Shown in pieces: positions 9,843 through 21,067 of a DNA stretch of 64,000 bases. The notes beneath the pieces were generated by a model. The model was not told the DNA's origin. It saw nothing but the letters and a program-made list of their open reading frames with translations, and searched no databases. Position numbers and translations under genes: made by a program. The stretch's first letter is position 1, and every line of letters begins with the position of its first letter. This stretch comes from Candidatus Spyradenecus sp. (GTDB lineage: Bacteria; Verrucomicrobiota; Verrucomicrobiia; Opitutales; UBA953). The stretch spans positions 96,001-160,000 of the forward strand of contig JAZSKX010000017.1 of assembly GCA_045535075.1 (NCBI GenBank), written 5' to 3'.

Positions 9843-11105
9843 TTATTGCGCGAGTGCTTGAGTAAGATCGGCAATGATGTCGTCAACATTTTCGAGCCCG
9901 ACGGAAATGCGGACGAGCCCTTGCGGGATTCCCGCCGCCGCGAGTTGTTCGTCGGTAAGCTGGCGATGCGTCGAACTTGCCGGATGCAACGCACAAGTAC
10001 GAATATCGGCAACGTGGACGCATTGCGTGGCAAGCTTAAGCGAATCGAGGAATTTTGCGGCACCTTCACGCCCGCCTTTGACAACAACGCTCATCACGCC
10101 GGCACAACCGTTCGGCAGATATTTTTGCGCGAGCGCGTGATATTTGTCGCCCGGAAGTCCCGGATAAGCGACGGATTCGATTTGCGGGTGCGCCGCAAGG
10201 AATTCCGCCACTTTCTGCGCATTGCGACTGTATTGCGGCATACGAACCGCGAGTGTTTCCAAGCCGATATTCAGTAAAAACGCCGAATTTGCGGACGGGG
10301 TAACGCCAAGATCACGCATCAGTTGGACACGCGCTTTGACGATGTAGGCGAGATTCCCGAATGTTTCCGTGTAAATAATTCCGTGATACGAATCGTCCGG
10401 CTCGGTGAATTCCGGGAACTTCCCGTTCGCCCAATTAAATTTTCCGGAATCGACGATGACGCCGCCGACGCAAAGCGCGTGCCCGTCCATGTATTTTGTC
10501 GTCGAATGCGTAACAATATCGGCGCCGAAGTCAATCGGGCGGCAAAGCACCGGCGTCGGGAACGTGTTGTCGATAATGAGCGGAATCCCGTTATCGTGCG
10601 CGATTTTTGCGAGTTTTTCGATGTCGCAAACGGCGAGCGCCGGATTCGCGAGCGTTTCGCCGAAAATTGCTTTGGTGTTCGGACGAATCGCTTTTTGAAT
10701 TTCTTCAGCGGGAGCGTCGGCATCGACAAAGGTGCAATCAATCCCGAAGCGCTTCATCGTCACGGCAAAGAGATTAACGGTCCCGCCGTAAATCGCGGCA
10801 GCGGAAACGAAATGGTCTCCCGCTTTGAGAATCGTCATCAGCGCGACGAACGACGCGGCTTGTCCGGACGACGTGCACATCGCGGCGACACCGCCTTCGA
10901 GCGCGGCGATTTTCTGTTCGACGGCATCGACGGTCGGGTTCGACAGGCGGGAATAAAAATGCCCGGCGGCGGAGAGGTCAAAAAGCTTGCCGATGTGATT
11001 CGTGGAATCGTATTTAAACGTCGTGCTTTGGTAAATCGGGAGGGCGCGCGGTTCGCCGTTTTTCGGCGCATAGCCGGCGTGAAGGCATAGAGTTTCTTTT
11101 TGCAT
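9843..11105 (-). CDS. metY: O-acetylhomoserine aminocarboxypropyltransferase / Cys-Met PLP enzyme
   Basis: PIYQSTTF, YSRLSNPT, HSTTKYMDGH, HPASSTHRQL; ATG at 11105. Confidence 0.9.
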   Translation of the reverse strand: MQKETLCLHAGYAPKNGEPRALPIYQSTTFKYDSTNHIGKLFDLSAAGHFYSRLSNPTVDAVEQKIAALEGGVAAMCTSSGQAASFVALMTILKAGDHFVSAAAIYGGTVNLFAVTMKRFGIDCTFVDADAPAEEIQKAIRPNTKAIFGETLANPALAVCDIEKLAKIAHDNGIPLIIDNTFPTPVLCRPIDFGADIVTHSTTKYMDGHALCVGGVIVDSGKFNWANGKFPEFTEPDDSYHGIIYTETFGNLAYIVKARVQLMRDLGVTPSANSAFLLNIGLETLAVRMPQYSRNAQKVAEFLAAHPQIESVAYPGLPGDKYHALAQKYLPNGCAGVMSVVVKGGREGAAKFLDSLKLATQCVHVADIRTCALHPASSTHRQLTDEQLAAAGIPQGLVRISVGLENVDDIIADLTQALAQ

Positions 11106-11198
11106 AGGTTTTTGAATTTTTGCGGGAACGATTCGATTTCTCAATAATGAATTGGAAGAACGGGCGTTCCCGCGAGGTTTAAGGAATTTGAAAGAAGA

Positions 11199-12332
11199 TT
11201 ACGCTTGTTCGGTTTTGAGGGCGCGTTTTTCGCCTGTCGCATAGCGTTCAAGGTCGCTGACCATATTGCTCCAATCGAATTCGCGCGACATTTTTTCGAT
11301 ATTCAAACGCAGTTCGCCGAGAAGCCGATCGTCGGAAATCAGCGATAGAGTTTCACTCGTGAGCGTTGCGATTTCGGTTTGCGGAATCATAAGTCCGGCA
11401 CCTTTTTCCCGGAAAAATTTTGCATTCGCTTCCTGGTGATTATCCGCTGCGAACGGATAAGGAACGAGAATCGCGGGAACGCCGCAAGCAACGAATTCGG
11501 CGAGAGAGCCGGCACCAGAGCGCGAAACGACGAGATCTGCAGCGGAAAGAGCTGCAGACATATCGTCGCAAAACGACGTAAAGCGAACAAAAACCGCATC
11601 TCCGCTACGGGAACGATATTCGGCGGTTGTTTCCGCTGCTGCCGCGTTTTTATTCGGACCGGTTACACAGAAAACGGAAACTCCATTGTCGATAAAACGC
11701 TGTAAATCCTGCGTGATCCAATCGTTTAGCGGCTTAGCACCTTGGCTTCCGCCGAAAATCGCGAGAAGTTTTCCGCTTGCGGGAACGGCGATTTTTTGCC
11801 GCGACTCCGCCTTATCCTGCGGGAACATTTCTTTGCGCACGGGAAATCCGGTCGAACGCACGGCAAGCGGAGTAATTCCCTTAAGTCGTACTCCGGGCGG
11901 AAGATAAACGCGCGTCGCAATCCGGCTCATCCAACGAACAGCCTTCCCGGGAACGCGATTCGCCTCGTGAAGCACGACGGGAATGAAAAGCAGGCGACTG
12001 GCAATCGCAAGCCCGACCGTAAGAAAGCCGCCGAAGCTGACGAATGCCGCCGGACGTCTCCTCAAAAAGAGCGAAAAGCCAAACGCAAGCGACTGGAAAA
12101 GATTGAAAAGAAATTTGAAAAATCCCTTAGGCGAAAGCGAAAAAGCACAACCCGGCGCCTGCATAAATTCAAGCGATGCATACTTTCCCGCAAGCCGCGT
12201 GTCGATTTTCTTTTTACTGACGAGCAACGTGCAGTGAAACCCTTTTTCGGTAAGACGTTCGGCGAGCGCAATTCCCGGCGAGAGGTGTCCGCCGGTGCCG
12301 CCGCAGGCAATGATGAAGCTTTTCTTTTTCAT
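11199..12332 (-). CDS. murG: Undecaprenyl-PP-MurNAc-pentapeptide GlcNAc transferase
   Basis: GGTGGH, HEANRVPG, GGSQGA, RSGAGS, DNHQEANA. Confidence 0.95.
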   Translation of the reverse strand: MKKKSFIIACGGTGGHLSPGIALAERLTEKGFHCTLLVSKKKIDTRLAGKYASLEFMQAPGCAFSLSPKGFFKFLFNLFQSLAFGFSLFLRRRPAAFVSFGGFLTVGLAIASRLLFIPVVLHEANRVPGKAVRWMSRIATRVYLPPGVRLKGITPLAVRSTGFPVRKEMFPQDKAESRQKIAVPASGKLLAIFGGSQGAKPLNDWITQDLQRFIDNGVSVFCVTGPNKNAAAAETTAEYRSRSGDAVFVRFTSFCDDMSAALSAADLVVSRSGAGSLAEFVACGVPAILVPYPFAADNHQEANAKFFREKGAGLMIPQTEIATLTSETLSLISDDRLLGELRLNIEKMSREFDWSNMVSDLERYATGEKRALKTEQA

Positions 12333-13607
12333 TTAAAATTCCGAAGGCCGCGGGAGTACCGACGCCGGCCAATTGCGAATCGCATTACAAATCAATCCGA
12401 CAAAAACAAACATTACGACAAGATTACTTCCCCCGTAACTGATAAACGGGAGCGACATCCCTTTCGTCGGAAGCAATCCGAGATTAACAAGCATGTTGAT
12501 AAGCGCTTGTAAAAAAATAAAGAGCGACGCCCCCAAACAAATGTTGAAGTAAAACACGTCAGCGATTTTCCGAAGTTGCACGAGGATAAGCCCGAAAAGC
12601 ACCAAAAACAGAACGGGAATAAGGACGGTCCCGCAGAAGCCGAGCTCTTCACCGATAACGGCAAAAACACAATCGGTATGCGCTTCGGGAAGAAAACCGC
12701 GATAAATCATACCGTTGCCGAGGCCTTCGCCGTAAAGCCTCCCGTTGGCAAAGCCCGTAAGCGCTTGCCAAAGCTGATAGCTGTCATCCGCCTTGAGTTC
12801 TTCGGTGTATAAAAAAGAAAGAAACCGCCGCCAACGATTTTCCGAAAACACTTCGATTTTCTGCTCTATTTCCGGAAACCATTTCATCAGAAAAAGCATC
12901 ACCGGAATCGCCGCCGCGCCGAACGCAAGCGTAGGAATGACGGACCAAATGAAATAACAGAGGCGCGCTCCCGCCAAAAAAAGCATCGTCAATCCGACAG
13001 CCGCGCAAAGCGCCGTCGTTCCCAAATCCGGCTCGATGACAATTCCCGCACAAACCGCACCGATAATGCTACAGGGAATCAAAAAACCTCGAAAAAAATC
13101 ATTCATCGCGTCGCGCGTCGGAAGCGGAATTTTCCTGCGGGAACGCTTAAACCATTTAAACTGTGCCGGAAGAAAATAGCGGCGGGAACCCGCAAGACAA
13201 TGCGCCAAAACAAAAACAAGAGCGACTTTCGCGGGATCGCTGACTTGGAGATTGAACGGGCCCAAATCAACCCAACGGCGGGAACCGTTGACAACCTTCC
13301 CGAAGCCGGGAATATAAATCGAAAGAAGTAGCAAAAGCGCCGCGCCGAAAATCCACCAAACGTATTTGCGGAAATATTCGAGGTTTATTCGCGAAAAAAC
13401 AAAATAAGCGACGACCGCGGGAACAAGGTACATCGCCTGCATGTAAGCCGTGTAAAGCGGCTCTTTGCTATTATGGTATTGCCCGGCGCTTGTTTGGATA
13501 ATTATCCCGAGAAGAGAAAGCAACAGGGCGATAAAAAAGATTAACCCCGCTTCAAAAGAGATGCGGGGAAATCTTGAATCATCCGACTTGCCTAAATATT
13601 CCGGCAT
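12333..13607 (-). CDS. ftsW: SEDS family cell division protein FtsW
   Basis: VNGSRRW, EPDLGT, LPEAHTD, LPTKGMSLPFISYGGS; adjacent to murG. Confidence 0.9.
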   Translation of the reverse strand: MPEYLGKSDDSRFPRISFEAGLIFFIALLLSLLGIIIQTSAGQYHNSKEPLYTAYMQAMYLVPAVVAYFVFSRINLEYFRKYVWWIFGAALLLLLSIYIPGFGKVVNGSRRWVDLGPFNLQVSDPAKVALVFVLAHCLAGSRRYFLPAQFKWFKRSRRKIPLPTRDAMNDFFRGFLIPCSIIGAVCAGIVIEPDLGTTALCAAVGLTMLFLAGARLCYFIWSVIPTLAFGAAAIPVMLFLMKWFPEIEQKIEVFSENRWRRFLSFLYTEELKADDSYQLWQALTGFANGRLYGEGLGNGMIYRGFLPEAHTDCVFAVIGEELGFCGTVLIPVLFLVLFGLILVQLRKIADVFYFNICLGASLFIFLQALINMLVNLGLLPTKGMSLPFISYGGSNLVVMFVFVGLICNAIRNWPASVLPRPSEF

Positions 13608-13616
13608 GTCGTCGGT

Positions 13617-14366
13617 TTACTCGAGCGGTTCGACCGGCATTTCGTCGACTTCGGGCTCTTCCGGAACAACCGGCTCTTCGACCGGTGCCGGATCGGCGAC
13701 AACCGGTTCTTCTGCCTTCGGTGCCGGCTTCGGAGCTTCTTCTTTCTTTGCGGGAGCGTCTTTCGCCGGAATAATCAGCTTTTGTCCGATACGAATATTG
13801 TCGCTCGTCAGGTTGTTCGCCTGCTTAATCGCTTTGACCGTCGTTCCGTTGCGGCGGGCAATCGTCCCGAGAAAATCGCCTTTCTTAACGATGTAAACCG
13901 TTCCGTCTGCCGTCGTTTCCGGAGCCGCCGCGGCGCTTTCCGCTTGCCCGGCAGGAACCTTAAGCTTCATGCCGACGCGCAAAATCGCATTTTTGTTGAT
14001 CCCGTTTTCGCGGCAAATCGCGTCAATCGTCGTCTTATGTTTCTTTGCAATAAGCCAAAGGCTGTCGTTGCGCTTAACGACGTAAACCGTCGCATCTTCG
14101 TCTGCCGGAGCGGGTTTCGTTTCCTCTGCGGACGCCGGGGTCGGCTCAACCGGAATCGGCTCTGCGGGAACGTCTTCAACGGCACTTCCGGATACCGGCG
14201 GCTCACTCATGCCGACACTCGGCTCGGTGGACTGCACACCGCTTACCGGCGCATATTGCTGATCATTGCGGGCGCGGGCGGCGCGCGTGCTACAGCCGTT
14301 TACGAGGACGACAAACGCCAGAACGTGCAGGAAAACGACGCTGGAAACGATGGTTAAGGCTTTCAT
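13617..14366 (-). CDS. LysM peptidoglycan-binding protein (two LysM domains)
   Basis: YVVKRNDSLWLIAKK and YIVKKGDFLGTIARR repeats; N-terminal hydrophobic segment. Confidence 0.92.
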   Translation of the reverse strand: MKALTIVSSVVFLHVLAFVVLVNGCSTRAARARNDQQYAPVSGVQSTEPSVGMSEPPVSGSAVEDVPAEPIPVEPTPASAEETKPAPADEDATVYVVKRNDSLWLIAKKHKTTIDAICRENGINKNAILRVGMKLKVPAGQAESAAAAPETTADGTVYIVKKGDFLGTIARRNGTTVKAIKQANNLTSDNIRIGQKLIIPAKDAPAKKEEAPKPAPKAEEPVVADPAPVEEPVVPEEPEVDEMPVEPLE

Positions 14367-14407
14367 TTAATTCGATTTTTATTCAGTTTTAAAAGGGAAA
14401 TTTGAAA

Positions 14408-15778
14408 TTATTTTGGCAGAAATTCTGTCCGAGTTTTTGCGTTTGTCGAAACTTTTTTCGAGAAATTGTTTTTTTGAACCTCGCGGTGCGCAACGGACTC
14501 AAAACACTTTCCGCGATCGGCATAGCTTTTAAACATGTCGAAACTGGCAAAACCCGGGCTGAAAAGCACAATTGCACGCGGAGCATTTGAGCGGCAAGCC
14601 GCAGAAAACGCCGCGCAGACGGCGGCATCGAGCGACTCCGAGCGCGTTGCGGGCGTTCCCGTCCCGTCAAAATGCCTGAGTAATTCCGGAGCCGTTTCGC
14701 CGATTAGATAAGCTCCGGAAATTTTCGGTGCAAGCCGCCTGCAAAATGCCGCGAGATCGCCGCCCTTCCCCAGCCCTCCGCCGATCCAAAAAACGGGAAC
14801 TTGCGGGAACGTTTCCAAGGCTGCGTAAACGGCATGAAAATTCGTTCCTTTCGAATCATTCCAAAATTCGATTTGTGTCCCCGCAGACTCGGTGCTTGCA
14901 CAGCAGGCAAGGCGATGAGCCTTCGGAGTAAATCGCCGCGCCGCCGCGTCCAATTCCTCAAGCGGATACCCGTTAGCAAGCCAATACCGCCGCGCAATCG
15001 CATAATTTTCCGCCTGAGGGAACGTGTTGAAAATGCAATTCTCCGGAATTTTTCCGCGTACCTCTTCCCGTGTCGCGACTTGAGTAAACGCGGGGAGCGC
15101 AATCCCGAAGCGCCGCGCCGCCGACGCAACGGACTCGCCGACAATACACGCGCCCGGCGCGTTCCCGCGCATTTGCAACTCCGCGAGCCGGAGTTTCGCG
15201 CGAAAATAACGTTCCTCCGTCCCGTGCCGATCGAGATGATCTTCATCAAAATTCGTCCACAAAAGGTGCTTCGGGCAAAGAGAATTCATACATTCCGCCT
15301 GAAACGAACTGATTTCACAAATCGGGAAATCGACTTTCGGCGCATCGTCAAAAAGTAAAGTCGTAAACGGAATTCCGTTATTGCCGACGGCAACGGAAGT
15401 TCTTCCCGCCTCGTGATGAGCAAACGCGAGAAATTCCGTCAGCGTCGTTTTCCCGTTCGTTCCCGTAACGGCAGTAAGATTTTTCGCCCCGGGACAATGC
15501 CTCGCGTGCCAATATTTTGCCGCATAATCCGGCTCAATGATGCACGGAAGATTTTCCTCGCGAGCGGTTTTCAGCCAAGGATGCTCCGGCGGGAAACCCG
15601 GGCTGTAGACGACGCATCCGTGTTCCCGCGCATATTCCCGCGTGAAATCCGTACGCGCACCGCCGATGCCGGATTTGTCATAAACGATGAACGCTTTTTT
15701 CGCTTCCGTAAGCCATTTCCCGACAGCATTTCCGCTCACGCCTGCGCCGAAAATCGCACAAGTTTTTTCCGAACTCAT
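14408..15778 (-). CDS. murD: UDP-N-acetylmuramoyl-L-alanine--D-glutamate ligase
   Basis: VYSPG, AVTGTNGKTT, EISSFQ, NDSKGTN, SPGFASFDMF. Confidence 0.95.
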   Translation of the reverse strand: MSSEKTCAIFGAGVSGNAVGKWLTEAKKAFIVYDKSGIGGARTDFTREYAREHGCVVYSPGFPPEHPWLKTAREENLPCIIEPDYAAKYWHARHCPGAKNLTAVTGTNGKTTLTEFLAFAHHEAGRTSVAVGNNGIPFTTLLFDDAPKVDFPICEISSFQAECMNSLCPKHLLWTNFDEDHLDRHGTEERYFRAKLRLAELQMRGNAPGACIVGESVASAARRFGIALPAFTQVATREEVRGKIPENCIFNTFPQAENYAIARRYWLANGYPLEELDAAARRFTPKAHRLACCASTESAGTQIEFWNDSKGTNFHAVYAALETFPQVPVFWIGGGLGKGGDLAAFCRRLAPKISGAYLIGETAPELLRHFDGTGTPATRSESLDAAVCAAFSAACRSNAPRAIVLFSPGFASFDMFKSYADRGKCFESVAHREVQKNNFSKKVSTNAKTRTEFLPK

Positions 15779-18681
15779 TACTTTTCCTCGGTTTTACGGG
15801 AACTCGGTGCCTCTCCGTGATTTTCCCGGTTGGGGTTAAAATTGCTAAACGGCTTCAGCTTCCACTTGACATCGTCAAGCGTTCCCGAAAGCTCCACGGG
15901 AACAAGCGAAGTCGTCTCCGACGCCCAATCGACGAATTTTCCGAGAATCGGAATTTGCGTGAAGCGGCGATTTTTAAAAACGGCATCGCCTTCCAGCGCC
16001 TGCGTTTCAATGTCCACGTTACATCGGACATTCAGCTCGCCGCTTTCGCCGTAAATTTGGAGATTCGGCAAATACACCCTTCCGCCTTCAACCGTAAAAT
16101 CCGTATGCGCATCCGTAAGCGCGAACGAGGTAAGCGGAATTTTCAAAGTCTCCAGAAAACGAGAAAATCCGCCGAAAATCTGCAAATCGAACAGCTTCGG
16201 ATCGTAGAAATCAATCTGCCCGCTCACTGCCAAACTCTTGATATCGGGCAAGGTTAATTCGCCCTTAAACGCAGCCGTGATTTTGGAAAAATCTTCCGTT
16301 TTTTCCGTCGAAACGGCTTCGGAAGAATCCGCGGGAACCTCCGCCTCTTCCTTCCCGAGCGCCGCCAATTTCTCCAAAGCCGTAGAAAAATCGGATTTCG
16401 GCATTTCGGAAATTTTCAAATCAAACGCAATGTGCGTTCCCGCCGTGCCGCCTTCCGGCGGAAACAAAACAAGAATCTCTCCGCCGACATTGCCGCTCCC
16501 GCACCGGGACTCAAACGGCGCAACACGAATATTGCCGCTGTCGTAATTAATTTTTCCGACAAAATCCGAGCCCTCGATGTCAAAAATCTTAAACGCTCCC
16601 GGAGCCGAACGCACATCAACTTCCACAAGAATGCGTTCCCGAGGATAAAAAAATTCGTCTCCGCTCACAAACCCGCGCACAACGGCGCTCCCCGAAGCTT
16701 CGCGCTCCAGCACGCCGCCAAAAATCTCCGGCAGCCCCTCGCCGACAATATTAAAAACATCCGCCGGCGGCATCGATCCGGCAAACCCGAACCGAAAATC
16801 GCGAAAATGATATTCCGGCGCAACCGCATAATGCCATTGCAACGTTCCCGCGACGTGGTCGTTCCCGCGCTTAAAATGCATATCAAACGCCGCAATGACG
16901 GACGGTTCTTCGGCAACGCGCAAGCTGACTTTGTCCACAATCACGCCGCCGCTTTCGGCATTTTCTCCGGCAATTGCGCCGTAGATATATTCCCAACGGG
17001 AACGCGGATCAAGCGTCCCGTAAACATCAATATCCGCCCGCGGCGCGCGCCCCGTCGACGGGATCGAAAGATTGTTCCAAATACGCCACCAAAACCATCC
17101 GAGATAATCGTCGAGAACTTCCGGATTCACCGTTGAGCCGAACGCCTGAACGCGGTATTTCCCTGCCGGCTTCAACTCAAAAAACATCCGCACATTCGAG
17201 CAATAGCGCTCGCCGCTTGCCCGCACAAGCCCGATATCGAGTTCGTCTTTCGTAACCGAACCGTAGCTGAAAAATGTATTTGCTTTTAACGTATCCCAAC
17301 GGACAGCATCGGCATCCAACACATAATCGGCACGGACAAAATCGAATTCGGGAGAAATCACAACATCCGCCCGCAAATTCGGATTTTCCCCGAATTCAAG
17401 TTTATGAATATCCTCGGGAAGCACGGCGGCGACGCGGGGAATCTTGATTAATTTCGGGAAGTCAATTTCGGAATTAACGACCACGCGCGTTCCCGCAACG
17501 GCGGAAAAATCAATTTCCGCAGCCAGCGACGTTCCGAACGCCGCCATATTTACCGTCGCATTCACCGTTTTTTCCTGCAGATCGAAATCACGACTTTCCG
17601 CAAAAAACAACGCAATCGGGAATTTCCCGTTGAGAAAATTTTCGGCTTCCGCGCTCAAAGCGGAAACCGCAATCTGTCGGGGAACAATGCCGAAATCGTC
17701 GCCAAGATCAACGCGAACGGCACAATCAACTTCCTCCGCGGCAACCGTCCACGCATCAAAAAGTTCGCCCTCGTTAATCCCGCAGGCGACGCGCTCGGCT
17801 GAAGCGCGAATCGGCTTAAGCAACGATATTTCTTGCGTTTCCGAGTCTAAATTCAACTCTCCGTGTATGTGCAATTTATTTACGGATAAATTTGCGGCGT
17901 CGAGCCTCAGGGCTTCGCAAAAAAGATCTGCGTGCAACTCGGCATTGTCGTCTTCATCCGGCTCGATAACTAATTGCAGGCAGGTGTTTTTATCCGCATC
18001 CAACGCATCCAGCCGACGGTTTACCGACGAAAGCGTTCCCGCAAACCCGAAAACCGGCGCAAGAAATCCGGATTCCGCAGAACCGCCTTCCCCTCGCTCC
18101 GTCGTTCCCGCATCTTCACCCCCCGCATTGCCGCGTCCGAACAGTGAAAAATTAAACGCCCCGGAAGCGTAAAACGGTATTTTCCCGACACGTGCAACCG
18201 CGTCTTTCAGGTTAATTTCTCCGAAAGAATACGACGCATTAATGCGCCCATCGGAAAGGACAATCTCGGGTTTTCCCGTTTGCGAAAGGCTCCCCGGGCA
18301 ACGCAATTCAAGCCCGTCGAAAAAGAAAGTTTGAACGTTCTTATCGGGCTTGATGACGTTTTTCCAATTAAAATAAACTCCCGCCGTGCGCAAAGAAATC
18401 GTCGGCTCAAGGCTCGCGGAATGCGCAATTGAAATCCGGCGCAACTCAAGAAATGCAAGACGCCGCAAAACGCCGCCGCCGATTTCAAGACGCGTTCCCG
18501 CCGGCGCAAATTTTTCCGACATCCACTTGCAGACGAAATCCGGGAGCTCGACATCGCGTTGCGCCAAATAAAGCAAAGTCGCCTGAACTCCGAAAAGTCC
18601 CACTAAAATGATATGCAACGCTCTGGAAAGCTTTGCGGTGCGGGAAGACTTTTTTTTCGGATTCATCGTACGCGCTATCAT
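15778..18681 (-). CDS. AsmA-like large membrane-anchored protein
   Basis: 967 aa; N-terminal TM segment; beta-rich; C-terminal VELSGTLDDVKW AsmA_2-like motif. Confidence 0.6.
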   Translation of the reverse strand: MIARTMNPKKKSSRTAKLSRALHIILVGLFGVQATLLYLAQRDVELPDFVCKWMSEKFAPAGTRLEIGGGVLRRLAFLELRRISIAHSASLEPTISLRTAGVYFNWKNVIKPDKNVQTFFFDGLELRCPGSLSQTGKPEIVLSDGRINASYSFGEINLKDAVARVGKIPFYASGAFNFSLFGRGNAGGEDAGTTERGEGGSAESGFLAPVFGFAGTLSSVNRRLDALDADKNTCLQLVIEPDEDDNAELHADLFCEALRLDAANLSVNKLHIHGELNLDSETQEISLLKPIRASAERVACGINEGELFDAWTVAAEEVDCAVRVDLGDDFGIVPRQIAVSALSAEAENFLNGKFPIALFFAESRDFDLQEKTVNATVNMAAFGTSLAAEIDFSAVAGTRVVVNSEIDFPKLIKIPRVAAVLPEDIHKLEFGENPNLRADVVISPEFDFVRADYVLDADAVRWDTLKANTFFSYGSVTKDELDIGLVRASGERYCSNVRMFFELKPAGKYRVQAFGSTVNPEVLDDYLGWFWWRIWNNLSIPSTGRAPRADIDVYGTLDPRSRWEYIYGAIAGENAESGGVIVDKVSLRVAEEPSVIAAFDMHFKRGNDHVAGTLQWHYAVAPEYHFRDFRFGFAGSMPPADVFNIVGEGLPEIFGGVLEREASGSAVVRGFVSGDEFFYPRERILVEVDVRSAPGAFKIFDIEGSDFVGKINYDSGNIRVAPFESRCGSGNVGGEILVLFPPEGGTAGTHIAFDLKISEMPKSDFSTALEKLAALGKEEAEVPADSSEAVSTEKTEDFSKITAAFKGELTLPDIKSLAVSGQIDFYDPKLFDLQIFGGFSRFLETLKIPLTSFALTDAHTDFTVEGGRVYLPNLQIYGESGELNVRCNVDIETQALEGDAVFKNRRFTQIPILGKFVDWASETTSLVPVELSGTLDDVKWKLKPFSNFNPNRENHGEAPSSRKTEEK

Positions 18682-18929
18682 GATTTTTTCTTCCGCCGTT
18701 TTCGACGTTTATTTTCCGAAAGAAAATCCCCGCGTTCCCGCAAGAATCATACTTTTTGCGCGGAAAACAAAAATGTCTTTCCTCTCCACAACCGCATTTA
18801 TACCAATCTTAAAAAAATCCCTGAAAAAACGGACATTCCCGGGCGCGTTTGGCATTCATGCGCAAGGGCAGAAAGACACGAAAAAGCCCGCAATCCTTTT
18901 GTTTATGCGGATTTGCGGGCTTTTGAAAT

Positions 18930-19006
<77 letters not shown>

Positions 19007-19061
19007 ATAAAATGAAAGAGCCTTCATTAAGACCTTTTTATCGGGCAAATGCAAGCACTTT

Positions 19062-20360
19062 TTAAACGCGTTCCATCAGCGGAACAAAGTGCCGTTCGTT
19101 TTCGCCGATGTAAACCTGGCGCGGGCGATAAATTTTCCCGCCCGGGCGCTCCGCCATTTCCTTCCATTGCGCGATCCATCCGGGCATACGTCCCATCGCA
19201 AAAATAACGGGAAACATATTCACGGGAATGCCGAGTGCACGCAGAATGATGCCGCTATAGAAATCCACGTTCGGGTAAAGATTGCGCGCTTTGAAATATT
19301 CGTCGTTAAGAGCGATGTTTTCGAGGCGGTGAGCGATTTTCAAAAGCGGATCGTCCATACCGAGCGCGTCAAAGATTTTCAGGCATTGCTTGTGGAGAAT
19401 TTTTGCGCGCGGATCGTAATTTTTGTAAACGCGATGCCCGAATCCCATGAGGCGCACTTCGCCGGATTTGGCTCGTTGGACAAACTTAGATCCGTCGTCG
19501 CCACTTTCGCTGATTTCCGTAAGCATTTCGATAACCGCCTGATTCGCGCCGCCGTGCATCGGACCCCAAAGCGCACAGACGCCCGCGGAAACGGAGGCGA
19601 AGAGATTTGCGCCGCCGGAACCGACCATGCGCACCGTCGAGGTCGAGCAGTTTTGTTCGTGATCGATGTGCAAGAGCAAAAGTGTATCGAGGGCTTTTGC
19701 GACGTCGGGGTGAATCGGCGAATCTTCCCCCGGGTAGGAAAACATCATATGCAGGAAGTTTTCGCAGTAACTGTATCCGCGTTTCGGATACGTTACGGGA
19801 AGCCCGTTGCGGTAGCGGTAGCCCATTGCGGCGAGCGCGCGAACTTTGGAAATAAGGACGGTCGTCGTGCGGTCGAAGTTTTCCAAGTCCTGCTTGCGAT
19901 TATTCGACGAGAGTTCGGGATAATAGCACCCGAGAGCGTTGAGCATCGCGGAAAGTCCCGCCATCGGGTGTGCCGTCATCGGAAATCCGGCGACCATCGT
20001 CCGCAGCGCTTCGTGAATTCCCGCGTTCATGAGAATACGGTTGCGAAAATCTTCAAGATCGCGAGCCGTCGGCAGTTCGCCGTAAATGACGAGATACGCG
20101 CTTTCGATAAAATTGGAGCGAGCGGCGAGCTCCTCAATCGGATAGCCGCGATAGCGAAGAATTCCTTTTTCTCCGTCGATAAAAGTGATTGCGCTCTCGC
20201 ATGAGCCGGTGTTCCCGTAGCCTTCATCGTAAGTGATAAAGCCTGTTTCCGCGCGTAATTTTCGAATATCAACCGCGTGCTCGCCCTCCGTTCCGATAAT
20301 AACCGGCGCAATATAACCGCGATTTCCGAATCTGACCTTGATTTCTGATTTGTTCACCAT
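19062..20360 (-). CDS. gltA: Citrate synthase
   Basis: [41 protein letters not shown]. Confidence 0.98.
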   Translation of the reverse strand: MVNKSEIKVRFGNRGYIAPVIIGTEGEHAVDIRKLRAETGFITYDEGYGNTGSCESAITFIDGEKGILRYRGYPIEELAARSNFIESAYLVIYGELPTARDLEDFRNRILMNAGIHEALRTMVAGFPMTAHPMAGLSAMLNALGCYYPELSSNNRKQDLENFDRTTTVLISKVRALAAMGYRYRNGLPVTYPKRGYSYCENFLHMMFSYPGEDSPIHPDVAKALDTLLLLHIDHEQNCSTSTVRMVGSGGANLFASVSAGVCALWGPMHGGANQAVIEMLTEISESGDDGSKFVQRAKSGEVRLMGFGHRVYKNYDPRAKILHKQCLKIFDALGMDDPLLKIAHRLENIALNDEYFKARNLYPNVDFYSGIILRALGIPVNMFPVIFAMGRMPGWIAQWKEMAERPGGKIYRPRQVYIGENERHFVPLMERV

Positions 20361-20530
20361 TGCTAAGCTCAGGCGAGTATTCCTTATTTCCGCCGTTTTT
20401 TAAATGATTTTTTTCCCGTGGAGATGAAAACGAAGCAGGATTTTAAGCAATAAACGGAGGTGAATTATAAACAAAAATTTAAGATTCTCGGATTGATTTT
20501 CCGCAAAAATCGCCCCTAATCTTTGTTTAC

Positions 20531-21067
20531 ATGAATCTTTTCATCGAAAGAAGATTTGTTTTTTCGACACTTGCTCTCATCACGCTTTGTGCGGGAACAG
20601 GAACTTTTTCCGCTCTAAATGCGCTTGCACGGGAACGGGAATCTTCGGGAATGCTCGTTTTTTCGCAAGGACTATTTCGAAAACTTCCCGACGGGAACGC
20701 GCTTTTTTCTTCCGTGACAATTTCAAACAAAGGACGCCGAGCCGTATTGATGCTCGCTCGTGAACCGACCTGCGAAGCGGAATTGAAAACTCACGAAAAT
20801 CTGTTAACCCACTACTTGCAAACTCTTCCGCCGGGAGACTTTCTTTTCCTAATCGACGATTCAGGGAAAATCATACTTCAACGCGAAATTCCGAAGACTC
20901 GCAAAATATTTGAACTCGCCGACGAAATAAAAATCCTCTTTTCCCGACTACAGAGCGTTCCCGTGAATTATTTCCCGATAGACCGGTTGCGCGGAAAAGT
21001 TCGCACGGACATTTATGAAGGAAATGCAGCGTTTCCCGTTCCCGCAAGCAAAGGAGGCGCGCAATGA
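20531..21067 (+). CDS. Hypothetical exported protein, first gene of a two-component operon
   Basis: Signal-like N-terminus; ATGA overlap with the kinase gene. Confidence 0.6.
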   Translation: MNLFIERRFVFSTLALITLCAGTGTFSALNALARERESSGMLVFSQGLFRKLPDGNALFSSVTISNKGRRAVLMLAREPTCEAELKTHENLLTHYLQTLPPGDFLFLIDDSGKIILQREIPKTRKIFELADEIKILFSRLQSVPVNYFPIDRLRGKVRTDIYEGNAAFPVPASKGGAQ